From positions 8,895 to 72,894 of the forward strand of contig WRAC01000002.1 of the NCBI GenBank assembly GCA_009780415.1: a stretch of 64,000 nt of DNA, in the 5' to 3' direction. A program made the position numbers and the translations under genes. The stretch comes from Defluviitaleaceae bacterium. Its GTDB lineage: Bacteria; Bacillota; Clostridia; Lachnospirales; WRAX01. Position 1 is the stretch's first letter. Each line of letters begins with the position of its first letter. Under the pieces are notes generated by a model. It saw nothing but the letters and a program-made list of their open reading frames with translations. It was not told where the DNA came from and did no database searches. Of this stretch, positions 56,768-64,000 are shown piece after piece.

Positions 56768-58211
56768 CGGCTTGCCCTCCGGCGTGTCGGCTCGCGCTAA
56801 TCGTCCGGGATTGTATATGCTTCGAGTTATGATAAACGGACAGCAGTTCACCGAATACTACCGCACAGCCGAAACAAGCAAAAAGAAATTACAAAGCGAA
56901 TTACAAAAGGTGTTCGACGCTTTCAAGGAACGCGCTGAACGCGGCACACTTAAAAATAGCGACATTACCGATAAAAACACATTCGCACAAGCGGTTGAAT
57001 GGTTCACCGAAATGCGTAAACTCGATATACGGGAGAGTACACAGCTTGCAGACAACTTTATATTTGAACATTACCTTATTCCGCGCCTTGCACCTTATAA
57101 GCTCCGCGAGATTACCTCCCCGATGATTACGAAACTACTTGCGGAACTGCTCGAAAAGGGCGGCGGCGGTGGTCGGGCGTTATACGCCGCTCGCGAAGAA
57201 TTTATTAAACTGATGTACGACACCAAACCCAAACGGACGGACGGCGGGTTTAATAAAGTAGCGCGGGAAATTAACATCGGCAAAGACAATACGTTCATAC
57301 GTGTAAGGTACGGGGAGAACTGTGACAAGGAAATCGCGGAAAAGGTAGCAAAGTATTACGGCGTTCCACTTCTAACGGCATTTGAAAAGAAAACCACTAC
57401 AAAACCTCTTTCGGCACTATATGTATCAAAAATCACATATACATTGTCTGCTCTGTTTACGGCTTGCGTCAAGAATGGCGTTTTATTTCAAAATCCTGTT
57501 ATGAACGCCACAAAGCCACGTATCGGCGAAAAAGACATACCTGCATACCTTGACAACACGCAAATACCGATATTCCTTGACGCGCTCGGCGAGCTTGATA
57601 TTGATAACTCAATCCGTGTTTCCTTGACCTTAATGTTAATGCTCGGCTTGCGTAGTGGCGAAGCTCGCGGGCTTCGTTGGGTAGATGTTGATTTCAATAC
57701 GGGGATTGTCAGCATTGAAAAAAATTGCGGTGATACCTTTGACGGATTAGCATTGACCGACCTAAAAACGAAACGCTCCCGGCGCAAGCTCCCGTTATCG
57801 CCCATACTTCACGATATTTTAATTGAGCATAACAAGCGGTTGAACGAATACTCCCGTTCGCTCGGTTCAATATGGCAGGATAATGGTGTTATATGCCCGA
57901 ACACAACAGGCGGGTTAATGGCAAAGTCTACGCCCAACAAAGCAGTTAAACGTATCTTGACCGCAAGAAAGGAGTTACCCCGAAAACTTCATGCTCATTC
58001 ATTGCGCCACAGTTTTATATCCCTGCTTATCTCAAATGGGCTTGACTTAGTAACGGTTGCCGCCCTTGCAGGTGATACGATTGAGATTATTAACAAACAC
58101 TACGCACACAGCTTCGCGGAACGCCGCGCCGCCGCTATGGACGTTGTAGGGGCTTCATTCGCGACATTAACTGAAAACCATGTACCGAGTAAAGTCCTAC
58201 TAATAAAATAA
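56748..58211 (+). CDS. int: Tyrosine-type site-specific integrase
   Basis: Catalytic-domain motifs LRSGEARGLRW (Arg), HSLRHSFISLL (H-x-x-R) and INKHYAH (Tyr). Adjacent to the element end next to guaA. Confidence 0.9.
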   Translation: MAKKTNNGLPSGVSARANRPGLYMLRVMINGQQFTEYYRTAETSKKKLQSELQKVFDAFKERAERGTLKNSDITDKNTFAQAVEWFTEMRKLDIRESTQLADNFIFEHYLIPRLAPYKLREITSPMITKLLAELLEKGGGGGRALYAAREEFIKLMYDTKPKRTDGGFNKVAREINIGKDNTFIRVRYGENCDKEIAEKVAKYYGVPLLTAFEKKTTTKPLSALYVSKITYTLSALFTACVKNGVLFQNPVMNATKPRIGEKDIPAYLDNTQIPIFLDALGELDIDNSIRVSLTLMLMLGLRSGEARGLRWVDVDFNTGIVSIEKNCGDTFDGLALTDLKTKRSRRKLPLSPILHDILIEHNKRLNEYSRSLGSIWQDNGVICPNTTGGLMAKSTPNKAVKRILTARKELPRKLHAHSLRHSFISLLISNGLDLVTVAALAGDTIEIINKHYAHSFAERRAAAMDVVGASFATLTENHVPSKVLLIK

Positions 58212-58222
58212 GGAGGGGCAGT

Positions 58223-58660
58223 ATGCAACCCGAATATGCTGAAAACGAAGTTTACAAACTAATTGCTTCATGGGTTGAATGTTGCGGTTATAAGATTCGA
58301 TACAAAGTGCGTGAAAATGAAGAAAACGCCGCATATACTCTCCCAGACGAATACGGAGAAAGTTCTATCCAAATGTACACCAACAACGAAATATATATCC
58401 AATTCGGGAAGTATTTCGGAACACCAAATTGCCATGATGATATATACACAGAAATTGGAGCTTCCAATGTTCTTGCACATGAATTAGCACATCAAATATT
58501 TACCAATGTTTCAAATAAGCCTTTTGCAAAACTTTTCAGCATAAATCCCGAATATGAAGCAAATAGGGTAATGGTCGATAATGAAGAAGCGTGTGACGCA
58601 TTTGGTAATTTTCTTTACACGTTAGCAGAACGTATTATCAATGGAGCAGTAATAAATTAA
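58223..58660 (+). CDS. HExxH metalloprotease-like protein (ImmA/IrrE-like candidate anti-repressor)
   Basis: The NVLAHELAHQIF zinc-binding motif in a 145-aa protein, directly downstream of the repressor and integrase. Confidence 0.5.
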   Translation: MQPEYAENEVYKLIASWVECCGYKIRYKVRENEENAAYTLPDEYGESSIQMYTNNEIYIQFGKYFGTPNCHDDIYTEIGASNVLAHELAHQIFTNVSNKPFAKLFSINPEYEANRVMVDNEEACDAFGNFLYTLAERIINGAVIN

Positions 58661-58677
58661 TCCACATAGAATAAAAT

Positions 58678-58705
58678 AAGCCCTTGCCGATTATGGCAGG
58701 GGCTT
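58678..58705. terminator. Bidirectional terminator at the island edge
   Basis: aagcccttgcc-gattat-ggcaggggctt with T-rich tracts on both strands. It can serve the ImmA-like gene (+) and guaA (-). Confidence 0.7.
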
Positions 58706-58735
58706 AAATATTTGTTGGGTATTTCTGTTTATTCG

Positions 58736-58759
58736 TGTACACAAATTTGTACTCAAAAA
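58736..58759 (+). repeat. 24-bp sub-terminal direct repeat (right copy)
   Basis: Identical to 40400-40423. A partial third copy ttgtgtacaaatg lies at about 58773-58785. Confidence 0.7.
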
Positions 58760-58880
58760 GATATGAAAAATTTTGTGTACAAATGAAAAATGATGAAATG
58801 ATACGCAATGGTCGAAGGGCATAAAGCGCGGTGTTGTGAGAGTTAGCGGCAAGTCGTGAAACGGCGTGAAATTTAAAATG

Positions 58881-60113
58881 TCATTCCCACTCCACTGTAC
58901 CCGGCGGCTTCGCGGTAATGTCGTATACGACACGCCCAACACCCGGTATTTCATTTATTATGCGGGAGGCGGCGGTAGCTAGGGTTTTATGTGAAAGGGG
59001 GCAATAGGCGGCGGACATGAAGTCTTGCGAGTAAACGGCGCGGAGGGCGATGACCGTTGCGTATGAGCGTTTGCCGGCGAAAACACCGACCGCGCGGAGA
59101 CCTGTGTGTACGGCGAAATACTGGTCGGGGCGGCGGCGAAGGCGCGAGACTTCGTGGCAAAAGATGGCATCCGCAAGGCGCAGGGTTTCGAGCTTTTCTT
59201 CCGTTACCTCGCCCAGTACGCGCACGCTAAGACCGGGGCCGGGGAAAGGCTGTCTGTTTATGTATGCCTTTGCCAACCCGAGTTTACGACCCGCATCCCG
59301 TACCTCGTCTTTGAAAAGCATCGAAAGCGGCTCCACAAGTTCTTTAAACCCCATATTTTTTGGCAACCCGCCGACATTGTGGTGGCTTTTGACAAGATTT
59401 GAGCCGTCCGCACCTGATTCTATAATATCGGCATAGTTTGTCCCCTGCGCAAGGAACGGGATGTTCAGCTTTGCCGCCTCCTCGCGGAACACGGCAATAA
59501 ACTCGGCGCCGACAAGCTTACGTTTTTCTTCAGGATCAATAACGTGTTTGAGCTTAGACAAAAACCGTTCACGCGCGTTTACGCGGATCATTGTCAAATC
59601 CATACGCTTGAAAGCGGACTCCACTTCATCGCCCTCATTCAACCTCATAAGCCCATGATCAACAAAAACACAAACCGTACGCCCGGGTATGGCGCGCGAC
59701 AAAAGCGCCGCGCACACCGATGAGTCCACCCCGCCGGATAAAGCGAGCAGCACCCGCTCACCGCCTGTTTGTGCGCGTACGATGTCGATTTGCTCCGCGA
59801 TATAATTCTCTATGTTATAATTTCCTGTGGCTTTGCATATATCAAATAAAAAATTGTTAAGGATACATGATTCTATATCCGCGCCATCATTGATTTTCAG
59901 CAACGGTATGCCGAGCTTTGTAATATCAGGGTTCAAATCCTGCGCGTCATCCGTTGCTGCCGCAATAACTATGCCAATTGGGCTTATGTCTTTTACAGCC
60001 TGCCCTTTTATCGTCTCCGGCTTTATTACGGAATACACACCCGCTTGTCTGATGCTGCGGGCGATATCCTTCGCATTTCCGCCAAAATTAAGAACCAATA
60101 CGGTTTCTCTCAT
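58881..60113 (-). CDS. guaA: GMP synthase, ATP-pyrophosphatase type, with a vestigial glutamine-amidotransferase domain
   Basis: PP-loop LALSGGVDSSV, KSHHNVGGLP, QPFPGPGL and C-terminal ..VVYDITAKPPGTVEWE. The N-terminal region is only about 100 aa and lacks the GxCxG nucleophile and the HPE segment. The likely start is MRETVLVLNFGG at 60113; the track starts at 60185. Confidence 0.85.
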   Translation of the reverse strand: MRETVLVLNFGGNAKDIARSIRQAGVYSVIKPETIKGQAVKDISPIGIVIAAATDDAQDLNPDITKLGIPLLKINDGADIESCILNNFLFDICKATGNYNIENYIAEQIDIVRAQTGGERVLLALSGGVDSSVCAALLSRAIPGRTVCVFVDHGLMRLNEGDEVESAFKRMDLTMIRVNARERFLSKLKHVIDPEEKRKLVGAEFIAVFREEAAKLNIPFLAQGTNYADIIESGADGSNLVKSHHNVGGLPKNMGFKELVEPLSMLFKDEVRDAGRKLGLAKAYINRQPFPGPGLSVRVLGEVTEEKLETLRLADAIFCHEVSRLRRRPDQYFAVHTGLRAVGVFAGKRSYATVIALRAVYSQDFMSAAYCPLSHKTLATAASRIINEIPGVGRVVYDITAKPPGTVEWE

Positions 60114-60156
60114 TCCCGACACCCCTTTTTTCTTTACAATTCCAGCTATCTGTATT

Positions 60157-60185
60157 AATATATCTAATAGAGCCAAGTAAGTCAA
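60157..60185 (-). promoter_or_regulatory. Candidate sigma-A promoter for guaA
   Basis: Minus strand: TTGACT (60185-60180), 17 nt, TATATT (60162-60157). Confidence 0.4.
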
Positions 60186-60205
60186 GGCTTTAAAAAGAGG
60201 TTTAC

Positions 60206-60787
60206 ATGAGCATAATTGAATTATTGATTATCGCGGCGGGGCTGTCCATGGACGCGTTCGCGATAGCTGTATGCATAGGGCTTTCTTCCCGCCCGACTAT
60301 TAAGAACATGATAATAGCGGGGCTTTATTTTGGCATTTTCCAGGCGATAATGCCGATTATCGGTTTTTATGCCGGATACAATTTGACGGGTTTTATTGTA
60401 CAATATGACCATATAATCGCCTTTGCCCTGCTTGCGTTTCTTGGCGGCAAGATGGTTTGCTCCGGCGTAAACGGCATCCGCGGCAAAAAAACGGAGCCAT
60501 TTTTTGCAATAGGCTCCGGAATGCCGCCATTTAAAACAATGCTGCCTCTCGCCGTCGCCACCAGCATTGATGCCCTTGCCATAGGGCTCAGTTTCGCATT
60601 AGTTGATGTGAGCATCTTACCGGCGGCGGCTATTATCGGCGCAACAACATTTTTCCTTTCGGCCATAGGCGTGCGTCTTGGCGGAGTTTTCGGCGCGAAA
60701 AACCGCGCCCTGGCCGAAGTTGCCGGGGGCGCGGCGCTTATTTTGATGGGTATACGTATCCTGCTGCAGCATAACGTTATCTTATAA
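60206..60787 (+). CDS. mntP: Manganese efflux pump MntP
   Basis: LLIIAAGLSMDAFAIAVCIGL and the repeated ..ATSIDALAIGLSFA.. motif (two DUF204 halves). About 6 TM helices. Confidence 0.85.
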   Translation: MSIIELLIIAAGLSMDAFAIAVCIGLSSRPTIKNMIIAGLYFGIFQAIMPIIGFYAGYNLTGFIVQYDHIIAFALLAFLGGKMVCSGVNGIRGKKTEPFFAIGSGMPPFKTMLPLAVATSIDALAIGLSFALVDVSILPAAAIIGATTFFLSAIGVRLGGVFGAKNRALAEVAGGAALILMGIRILLQHNVIL

Positions 60788-62558
60788 AGTCCGCCAGGGT
60801 CATTTGCTGTATACGCGAACCCGCCATCATCGAAGCCTGATACACGGCCTCCATGGCGGTCATGTTCATTATAACCTCCAGATAGTCTATGTTTTCGTTA
60901 TCTGACATCAAAGCCCTGTAGCTCAAGCGGTTCGACTCCAGCCGTTCGGTTGTAAGGTCTACCCGGATGATACGGCTGCCCAACGCGGTGTCTTCCCTCA
61001 TTACCGCCGCCTGATGCTCGTCAAACCTGCCCAGCATCGCGCTGAACGCGTCATGCATATAATCCGTGAATTTTTTCTTCTCATCGGATAAATGTGCCGC
61101 AACCCTGTCATTTAATGCCTTGGCATACTCCGGGGTGCCTGGGGTAAGCGGCGGCATGGGCGGCGGCCCCGGATATCCGGCGGCAAACATCGGCCCATAG
61201 TGCAACAAAAGCGCCGATTCGGATGATAAAGTCACGTTTTCTATCATTTTAGTGAAGTTCATAATCTCGGCGTATAATGTGGGGGTGAAGACATCCTTGG
61301 CAAGGCTGTTTATCTGCACCTGCGTATTTACGCCAAATTCAAATTTAAGATGCTGCCCCTCCATGCTGAAGGTCTTTGTCGTCGGAGCCGTTAACGGGGT
61401 AAGCAGCCCGGTATGGACAAAAGTGGCGGGGTCGCCCGGATCGGGTTTGCTTACAAATACCGGATAAGGCGCAGTTCCGTCAAAATTAACATTAAACGGG
61501 GGCTGCGACAAATCACGGAGAAGGACAACCTGCCCGTTGTTTATTGTAAAATCGGTGCCCTGTCTCAGAATAATCTCATTATCATCCTCGTCACGAAGAT
61601 AATCAGGGCCGACAAAAATGCGTATGTCAGGGTTTACCGTTGAGGTTCCGGCAGGCAAGGACAATTTGCCAAAATCCAGATATTCCTCGGACTCAAAATA
61701 TACCTTGGGGTTTAAATCCCCGGTTTTAAGACCCTCAATGTTATAATTCACGGTAATAGCCGCATTGGGGTTACCCAGAAGATAACTTTTAACATCGTCT
61801 CCCAGGACAAGTTCGCCCGTTTCCTCAATAAAGAAAATCTGATCCGGAGCGGGGCTGTACCGGTCTTCAAGGGTTACAGGCGGCACCTGCGTGGCATCCG
61901 GCGGAGTGACTAACGTAAACGCGGGCGGCGACGTACCCGTTATAGTAACGCTAAGATTATTTATATTATTAGCGCTTGTATACGGAAGGTCTATCTTTGT
62001 GATATTATGAATCTTAGGCTGTCCTACAGGGTTGTCTTTTACATATGCCTTTGTTTCGTTCACAGCCGTCCAGTTCAAGGTTTGCGTTATGTTAAATCTG
62101 GCTTTCGGATCGTCCTGGATCATAATGGGCGGCATATCCGTGCGGTAACCGGAGAAAACATACCTCCCCGCATACGACACATTCATCTCACCGCCAATTT
62201 GTTCAGCGAAAGTACGCATTTCCGTTACTATCTTGTCCCTGTCTTCGATGGTCAGCGTATCCGTTACGCCCTGCACAAGGCGTTCGCGTATGGAATCCAT
62301 CAGGTTCTGCATATTCTTGAAGCTTTCTTCCGTAACGCTCATCCATGATTTGGCCTGCGCCGCGTTACGCATGTACTGCTCCGTATCCGAAATGTTAGCG
62401 CGGAATTTCAACGCCCGGCTGGCTATGATCGGGTTGTCCGACGGGTTTTGAATCTTTTTCCCCGAGGCGAGCTGCTGGTACATAAAATCGACTTTCCGGG
62501 CGTTCCTGTTGATATTTAAAAGCATCCTGTTCATTGACATCTGGTTGGTTACGCGCAT
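60777..62558 (-). CDS. flgL: Flagellar hook-filament junction protein FlgL (long form)
   Basis: The N-terminal MRVTNQMSMNRMLLNINRNARKVDFMYQQLASGKKIQNPSDNPIIASRAL and the C-terminal flagellin-like helix are characteristic. A large central insert brings it to 593 aa. Confidence 0.85.
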   Translation of the reverse strand: MRVTNQMSMNRMLLNINRNARKVDFMYQQLASGKKIQNPSDNPIIASRALKFRANISDTEQYMRNAAQAKSWMSVTEESFKNMQNLMDSIRERLVQGVTDTLTIEDRDKIVTEMRTFAEQIGGEMNVSYAGRYVFSGYRTDMPPIMIQDDPKARFNITQTLNWTAVNETKAYVKDNPVGQPKIHNITKIDLPYTSANNINNLSVTITGTSPPAFTLVTPPDATQVPPVTLEDRYSPAPDQIFFIEETGELVLGDDVKSYLLGNPNAAITVNYNIEGLKTGDLNPKVYFESEEYLDFGKLSLPAGTSTVNPDIRIFVGPDYLRDEDDNEIILRQGTDFTINNGQVVLLRDLSQPPFNVNFDGTAPYPVFVSKPDPGDPATFVHTGLLTPLTAPTTKTFSMEGQHLKFEFGVNTQVQINSLAKDVFTPTLYAEIMNFTKMIENVTLSSESALLLHYGPMFAAGYPGPPPMPPLTPGTPEYAKALNDRVAAHLSDEKKKFTDYMHDAFSAMLGRFDEHQAAVMREDTALGSRIIRVDLTTERLESNRLSYRALMSDNENIDYLEVIMNMTAMEAVYQASMMAGSRIQQMTLADFIR

Positions 62559-62616
62559 GATAAGCCTCCGGTGGTTTCTACATCCATATAGTTATTCCAA
62601 TCCGTTATCAGTAGAT

Positions 62617-62644
62617 TTATCGTCATAACCGCATCAAAACATTA
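62617..62644 (-). promoter_or_regulatory. Candidate sigma-D/FliA promoter of flgL
   Basis: Minus strand: TAAT (62644-62641), N16, GACGATAA (62624-62617). Same -10 octamer and spacing as upstream of fliD. Confidence 0.5.
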
Positions 62645-62652
62645 CACCAACC

Positions 62653-63381
62653 TTATCTAACCGACATTTTCTCCCTTATCATCCCCAGCACGCGCTTCTC
62701 AATACGCGATATCTGTACCTGAGACACCCCTATCGCCCGCGCTACTTCAGTCTGGGTCTTGTCCTGGAAATAACGCATTACAATGACTGTCCTGTCCTTC
62801 TTATCCAATTCGCTTATAATTTGTTTCAACGCGATGATATCAACCATATTGTCATCGCCGCCGGAATCACTGCCCAATCTGTCGATTAGGTAAATAGGCG
62901 AACCGTCGCCCTGCCCTATCACACTGTGCAGCGACTCAATCTCAAAACCGGATTCCATAGCCAGCACCAATTCCTCGGAATCCGTCTCCATTGCCGCCGC
63001 AAGCTCATCAATAGTCGGCGGCTTCCCCAGCTTTTGCTGAAGCATCAAATGCGTATAACGCGCCTTCATAGCCATTTCTTTAAGCGGGCGGGAAACCTTT
63101 ATTATACCGTCGTCACGCAAGAAACGTTTTATCTCACCCAAAATCATCGGAACGGCATATGTGGAGAACTTAACGCCATACTCCGTATCAAACTTGTCAA
63201 TACATTTGATAAGCCCTATAGCGCCAATCTGGTAAAGGTCATCCAGATCACAGCCGCGCCCGGAAAAACGCCTGGCGATACTCCAAATCAACCCGGCGTT
63301 TCTTTTCACAAGGCTCTCCTTGGCTTCCAAATCTCCGGCCTGCGCCATGCGCACAAGCTCAAACGTATCGTCAGTGTTCAT
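62653..63381 (-). CDS. sigF: Sporulation sigma factor SigF
   Basis: Sigma-70 regions 2-4 (DLYQIGAIGLIKCIDKFD, FSTYAVPMILGEIKRFLRD, QTEVARAIGVSQVQISRIEK). It is the third gene after spoIIAA and spoIIAB. Confidence 0.9.
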   Translation of the reverse strand: MNTDDTFELVRMAQAGDLEAKESLVKRNAGLIWSIARRFSGRGCDLDDLYQIGAIGLIKCIDKFDTEYGVKFSTYAVPMILGEIKRFLRDDGIIKVSRPLKEMAMKARYTHLMLQQKLGKPPTIDELAAAMETDSEELVLAMESGFEIESLHSVIGQGDGSPIYLIDRLGSDSGGDDNMVDIIALKQIISELDKKDRTVIVMRYFQDKTQTEVARAIGVSQVQISRIEKRVLGMIREKMSVR

Positions 63382-63404
63382 AAACGGCGCTTACCCCCAT
63401 GCCC

Positions 63405-63851
63405 CTATTCGGGCAGCTTCTTCATCATCACAACGGTAGTCCCCTGCCCTGGGGCCGAGGTTACGTGTATGTAATCCATGAAGTTTTCCATTACCGCGAA
63501 GCCCATGCCGCTGCGTTCCTGTTCCGGCTTGGAGGTGTAGAGCGGTTCCATGGCCTGCGCTATATCCTGTATGCCGATACCGTTGTCTACCACCTCTATG
63601 TACAGTTCACGCCCGTTCAGGCGGCAGTTCAGGTGGACAAACTCGTCCAGGCCCTTGTTTTCGTACCCGTGTATGATGGCGTTGGTAACGGCCTCGGAAA
63701 CGGCGGTCTTTATTTCCATTATCTCAGAAATAGTCGGGTTAAGGCCCGTAACAAAGGCGGCGGCCACTGTGCGCGCAAAACTCTCGTTTGCTGAAATCGC
63801 CCGGAAACTCAGCTGCATTTCATTATTCAGCATATGCTTATCATTATCCAT
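63405..63851 (-). CDS. spoIIAB: Anti-sigma F factor (serine kinase) SpoIIAB
   Basis: HATPase_c motifs EAVTNAIIHGY, DNGIGI and ERSGMGFAVM. 148 aa. Confidence 0.9.
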   Translation of the reverse strand: MDNDKHMLNNEMQLSFRAISANESFARTVAAAFVTGLNPTISEIMEIKTAVSEAVTNAIIHGYENKGLDEFVHLNCRLNGRELYIEVVDNGIGIQDIAQAMEPLYTSKPEQERSGMGFAVMENFMDYIHVTSAPGQGTTVVMMKKLPE

Positions 63852-63856
63852 TGTTT

Positions 63857-64000
63857 TTATTGACCCTCCGCATTTTGCAAAACATCCTCAACGCTGGCGT
63901 AACAAGGGATTATACGCGCCAGACCCGAGACTCCGAATATCCGCCCAATCTCGCCGCTTATATTTATGGCGTAAACCTTGCCGCCCAGCTTGCTAAGCTC
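63857..64000 (-). CDS. spoIIAA: Anti-sigma F factor antagonist SpoIIAA (STAS), 3' part only; continues beyond the window
   Basis: The minus strand reads ..ELSKLGGKVYAINISGEIGRIFGVSGLARIIPCYASVEDVLQNAEGQ-stop. Position upstream of spoIIAB supports the call. Confidence 0.8.
   Translation of the reverse strand, partial: ELSKLGGKVYAINISGEIGRIFGVSGLARIIPCYASVEDVLQNAEGQ

Larger units (their letters stand above)
40326..58892. mobile_element. About 18.5-kb integrated island at the guaA 3' end: decaying prophage / satellite-like mosaic
   Basis: Bounded by gagtggga cores and 24-bp sub-terminal direct repeats. Contains a tyrosine integrase, an XRE repressor, an ImmA-like protease, an excisionase-like HTH, a replisome organizer, a DnaC-like loader, terS/terL, a tail chaperone and a tape measure. 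It is visibly more AT-rich than the flanks, and several genes are interrupted. Confidence 0.75.

Noticed and set aside
58691-58954. 87-aa minus-strand ORF spanning the att region and the guaA 3' end
   Set aside because: It overlaps the guaA stop region in another frame, runs through the terminator and the 24-bp repeat, and has no RBS. It is spurious.
60114-60205. Possible yybP-ykoY manganese riboswitch upstream of mntP
   Set aside because: Only about 90 bp are available and they are shared with the divergent guaA promoter. No conserved riboswitch helices or motifs are visible.

Overview
This window looks like the chromosome of a motile, endospore-forming Clostridia-type Firmicute; the taxon is not resolvable from the sequence alone. 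The backbone carries late flagellar genes (fliD, a fliT-like gene, flaG, flgL), valS-folC, rarA, mtnN, an LCP protein, a CotS-like/PEGA/bactofilin cluster, two large SLH-anchored surface proteins, and a glycoside-hydrolase cluster. That cluster holds GH38, GH2, ribokinase, a nucleoside hydrolase and three URO-D-family paralogs. The window ends with mntP and the spoIIAA-spoIIAB-sigF operon.

The main accessory feature is an island of about 18.5 kb at 40326-58892, inserted at the 3' end of guaA. It is bounded by an 8-bp core repeat and a displaced guaA-like ..IEWE-stop tail with its own terminator, and it has a 24-bp direct repeat just inside each end. It carries an XRE repressor, a tyrosine integrase and an ImmA-like HExxH protein. 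The lysis/lysogeny control region has two near-consensus promoters facing each other inside a nested palindrome. It also carries replication and terminase genes, a tail chaperone and a tape-measure gene, but no head, tail-tube, baseplate or lysis genes.

At least five island genes are broken by in-frame stops or frameshifts, so I read it as a decaying prophage or satellite-like mosaic. Its cargo includes a Fic module and an SLH beta-helix protein. To its left (37.3-40.3 kb) lies an older mobile-element graveyard with IS and topoisomerase III fragments, a Fic gene, and amber-interrupted and truncated genes.

The most interesting unexplained signal is a four-copy family of ~106-bp nested-hairpin intergenic repeats, one of them a 64-bp short form, all sitting at gene 3' ends. 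Other observations include shared sigma-D-like promoters on fliD and flgL, and a guaA whose glutamine-amidotransferase domain is vestigial. I found no rRNA, tRNA or CRISPR array.
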